A stretch of 64,000 bases of DNA from Candidatus Bathyarchaeota archaeon (GTDB taxonomy: Archaea > Thermoproteota > Bathyarchaeia > Bathyarchaeales > Bathycorpusculaceae): contig CAWAKC010000001.1 of assembly GCA_963782525.1 (NCBI GenBank), forward strand, positions 32,001 to 96,000, read 5' to 3'. Shown here piece by piece: positions 59,329-64,000 of this stretch; the first letter of the stretch is position 1, and every line of letters begins with the position of its first letter. The position numbers and the translations under genes were made by a program. The notes under the pieces were generated by a model. That model was not told where the DNA came from. It saw nothing but the letters and a program-made list of their open reading frames with translations, and did not search any database.

Positions 59329-61535
59329 TTTTCTGAATTGCTCCTTTTTCTTTTACTTAATGTAAAGTAGATAGTTGAACCTTTTCCCACTTGCGATTCT
59401 ATCCAAATCCGTCCTCCATGTCGCTCAACGATTCTTTTACACACTGCAAGCCCAATTCCAGAGCCTGGATACTCTTCTCGGGTGTGCAAGCGTTGGAATA
59501 TTTTGAATAAGCGGTCATAATATTCAGAAGCTATTCCAATACCATTGTCGCGCACTGAAAACAAGTAATCGGTATCTCGTACTTGCGCTGAAATATGCAC
59601 ACGGGGCGCTTCTTCACCATGGAACTTTATTCCGTTTCCAATCAAATTTTGGAACAACTGAACAAGCTGCCCCCCATCAGCCATAACCGTGGGGAGTTTA
59701 TCATGAGTCACCACAGCTTCATTTTCAGCAATAGATGTTTTCAGGTTCAAAAGCACTATTTCAAGCGTAGATTCAAGGTCTATAGGCTCAAAAGGCTTGC
59801 CAAGTCGAGCCACACGAGAGTAAGTGAGAAGGTCATCAATTAAACCTCTCATTCGGTTAGCACCATCAACAGCGTAACCTATGAACTCGTCCGCATCCGA
59901 ATCCAATTTTCCCTTGTACCTTCGCTCAATAAGCTGAACATAACTTGCCACCATCCGCAAAGGTTCCTGCAAGTCATGTGATGCAACATAAGCAAACTGT
60001 TCGAGCTCTGCGTTGGATTGCTTTAGTTTTTCTGATGCTTGCAATATTTCAAATTCCATAGATTTGCGTTCGGTAATGTCTCGGTTGCTGGAGCGTCAAC
60101 CTAACCATTTGCCAGTACCATCAAAAACAGGCTGGCAAGCATGAGAAATCCAACGTACCTCACCATTACGCGTAATGATTCGAAAATCAATCTCATGCCG
60201 ATCCTCTTCAGTTATCAATTCAAAATGAGAGCCAACAAGCGCTCTGTCTTCTGGATGAATAATATTAGAAAACAGCTTAGAATCATCAATATACTCATCC
60301 GGAGTGTAACCAGTAAACTTTACACATGAAGGAGACATGTACAGCATCTTGCCGTCAGGTGCAATCCAGTATTCCAAGTCATACGCAAAGTCCGCAACCG
60401 TCCGAAGTTTTATTTCGCTTTGACGTAAAGCTTCTTCTGCTTTTTTACGTTCAGTAATATCTCTTGCTACAGCAAATACTCCCTGAATTTCTCCTTGAGT
60501 ATTTAGATAAACTCTTGCATTGTACAAAACGTCTATTATTTTACCAGATTTATTCATAATTGCGAGTGGGTAATCCGTGACTAAGCCTTCGGTGAAAACT
60601 TTTTGGTAACCTGCCCTTGCCTGCTCTGGCTCAGTGAAGTAGTCAGAAAAATCGCTGCCGATAAGTTCTTCACGGGAGCAACCGGTAACATCTTCAGTAG
60701 CTTTGTTAACATCAGTGATTTTCCCTTCCTTGCTAATCGTAACCAGGGGATTTAAACTTGCTTCCAGCAAACTCCTAGCGTACAATGAAGCAGCCAACAA
60801 CTTTTCCTCGGCAATTTTGCGGTTAGCGGTCATCTGGTTAAATGCATAGGAAAGCTCACTTACCTCATCCTGGCGCTTTGTTTCTATAACGTAATCAAGG
60901 TTTCCTGAGCTTACAGTGTTGATTCCATTTTGAAGTTCTGACACCGATTTTAAGGTCCTTCGGAAAACTAACAGGTAAATTGTCGCCAACAATGCGCCGA
61001 ATGCGCCTACGAGAGAAACAATGAGTATGGTGTTTGTATCGTTGGCTTGGTGAGCTTCAGTGTCAAATGAAATGGACATTTGAGAAGCGTCAAGGTTAAG
61101 CACTTGATTTTGTTCAGTCATGTTTCCCCATCTATCTTGGAAAGGTTGTAACTCCCTAACACTTACATTTCTAGAGGCGTTTTGCAGGTAGGAAACAACT
61201 TCTCCAAAAGTTATGTTGAGCCCTTGCAGGTCTCGGCTAATATTGGTTGCAAGCTGCTGTTGTTGGTCATTGTTAAGTTTCAAAGTTGAAAGATCACTGG
61301 AGAGGGAAGAAAAGTTGGTTTGCCATTGAACAATTGAAGTGTCTTGTTGGTAGAGAAAGTAATCGATAGAAATGCTGCTCAGATTCCCTGCACCTCTTTG
61401 GATATTGTTGGCGACGTTTTCTTGAGCTTTAAGACCAGCCACTCGCTGCGTGCTCGTCGCTACGGAAGCACCAATAATAACCAAAATTATCGTGAAGACC
61501 ACGATGCAAATTATAAACTGATTTTTTATTTTCAT
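59325..61535 (-). pseudogene. Membrane sensor histidine kinase (TM-HAMP-PAS-PAS-HisKA-HATPase) interrupted by an in-frame TGA at 60096-60098
   Basis: KWLG*RSSNRDITERKSMEF is continuous in frame into ELEQFAYVASHDLQEPLR, NGIKF, DNGIG, GSGIGL. Confidence 0.85.
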
Positions 61536-61924
61536 GTTTCCTGCTCACAAAGTAGTACGTTTGGAGAAAACTTGCCGAACCTTGACTTATTTTCGCAAAC
61601 TCTGACATTTTTTTCCACTAAAGTAAAGCCTCGAAACAAACTCAATTGAACTATAGTAAAAAACTGCATTTTCATAAAAACATTTGCCATAATCACAAAA
61701 ACAGAAACAAATACGTTCAATCTGCAAAAACCCACTAAGGCTGCAAAAAAGGTCTTTCAGTTGACCACCTTTGCAATGCCCTAAAATCTGAAAACATCAA
61801 CCCGATTATCCAGAGTTTTTGGGTACTTGTTGTTTATGCACCCTAACCTACGAAGATAAGAGTGCTAAGAAAAGAAAATAAAAGAAGTTGTTTGCAGCCC
61901 GATGTTGGCTATATTGCTAATGTT

Positions 61925-61941
61925 ATTGGGCTTTGACGTAT
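61925..61941 (-). other. 3' arm of the 16S precursor processing stem
   Basis: attgggctttgacgtat is the perfect reverse complement of 63613-63629. Confidence 0.8.
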
Positions 61942-62005
61942 CCTGTGTTCTGCTCTAATGTTCTCCTTGCTCCTCCAATCAAGCACTTCTATGCGCTTTT
62001 TACTT

Positions 62006-63498
<1,493 letters not shown>

Positions 63499-63612
63499 AT
63501 GCACTCCATATTGATTTCTGCGGATCTTTACTATCATGTTTTTTGTGTGGTACGTTCTGCACTTTTCGCATATCTATGCCTAACTGGATTTGGAGGAAGA
63601 AACATCCACATT

Positions 63613-63629
63613 ATACGTCAAAGCCCAAT
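63613..63629 (-). other. 5' arm of the 16S precursor processing stem
   Basis: Complementary to 61925-61941; adjacent tgtg/caca 4-bp helix (BHB-like). Confidence 0.8.
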
Positions 63630-63807
63630 TCAGACCTAACTGAGCAATTAGTCAGGTCCACATTTCCTATTTTTTGTCCCCGCAATTGGAGGCCAACTCC
63701 GTCATTCCTGCAAGGCGTAATCGCCGTTTCGGTAGGGGTTGAGCCGCCGCCATGTGAAAATTGCGGGGCTAGCAATTATAGCTGAATTCTAACAGAAGCC
63801 TAGTCAC

Positions 63808-63828
63808 CTGATATAAACGTTTCTTTTC
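63808..63828 (-). promoter_or_regulatory. Candidate BRE/TATA promoter of the rRNA transcript
   Basis: Minus strand gaaaagaaacgtttatat ~310 nt upstream of the 16S. Confidence 0.5.
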
Positions 63829-64000
63829 CATCCCCACTAAGATTGACGAATCCACCTGGATGTTGTTATGGTGATTTGTTGAGGTATTGGATAAATAATT
63901 TAGGCGTTTATTATGGTTTTTTACCTTTTTTCAGATTTTTCTATTGCAGGAACACATTTTTTTCCAAGCTAAAATATCTGAGTAACCAGTCGTCGAAACT

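Noticed and set aside
49543-60098. Stop-codon reassignment or selenocysteine
   Set aside because: TGA and TAA act as normal stops throughout; the interrupted positions imply different residues (Trp, Arg), consistent with point mutations
63660-63790. tRNA upstream of the 16S
   Set aside because: GC-rich leader with no TTCRA T-loop or cloverleaf; likely 5' external spacer

Overview
Archaeal chromosomal window, probably Bathyarchaeia (TACK). This is inferred from an archaeal 16S rRNA, Lsm-rpl37e, a PUA protein and the style of the surface proteins; no database search was run. Left (1-11.9 kb): polyphosphate/phosphate cluster (ppx, PPK2, phoU, pstBAC, two pstS, AbrB-PhoU regulator, HAD hydrolase), then rpl37e and Lsm. 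Middle (~12-55.7 kb): an accessory island dominated by secreted or C-terminally anchored proteins. Its core (~25.4-50.7 kb) is a co-oriented array of about 25 genes. About 20 follow the plan [conserved signal peptide ending A-N-P/F]-[variable Ig-like domain(s)]-[P/T stalk]-[TM + YFKRRK]. They are joined by a few reusable DNA modules: two promoter types, coupled stop/start junctions, an exact 214-bp repeat and 'empty' cassettes. Paralogous cores carry different 5' and 3' modules, which suggests a combinatorially shuffled surface-protein repertoire. The array contains a DUF433/PIN toxin-antitoxin pair and is followed by an AbrB-like gene and a frameshifted Prim-Pol/SF3-helicase replicase. A separate family of ~60-bp palindromes separates small genes at 17.6-21.3 kb. 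Right (56-64 kb): VTT and PUA genes, a three-gene two-component cluster with an in-frame opal in the sensor kinase, and a stand-alone 16S rRNA gene. No integrase, transposase, reverse transcriptase, tRNA or CRISPR array was recognised.
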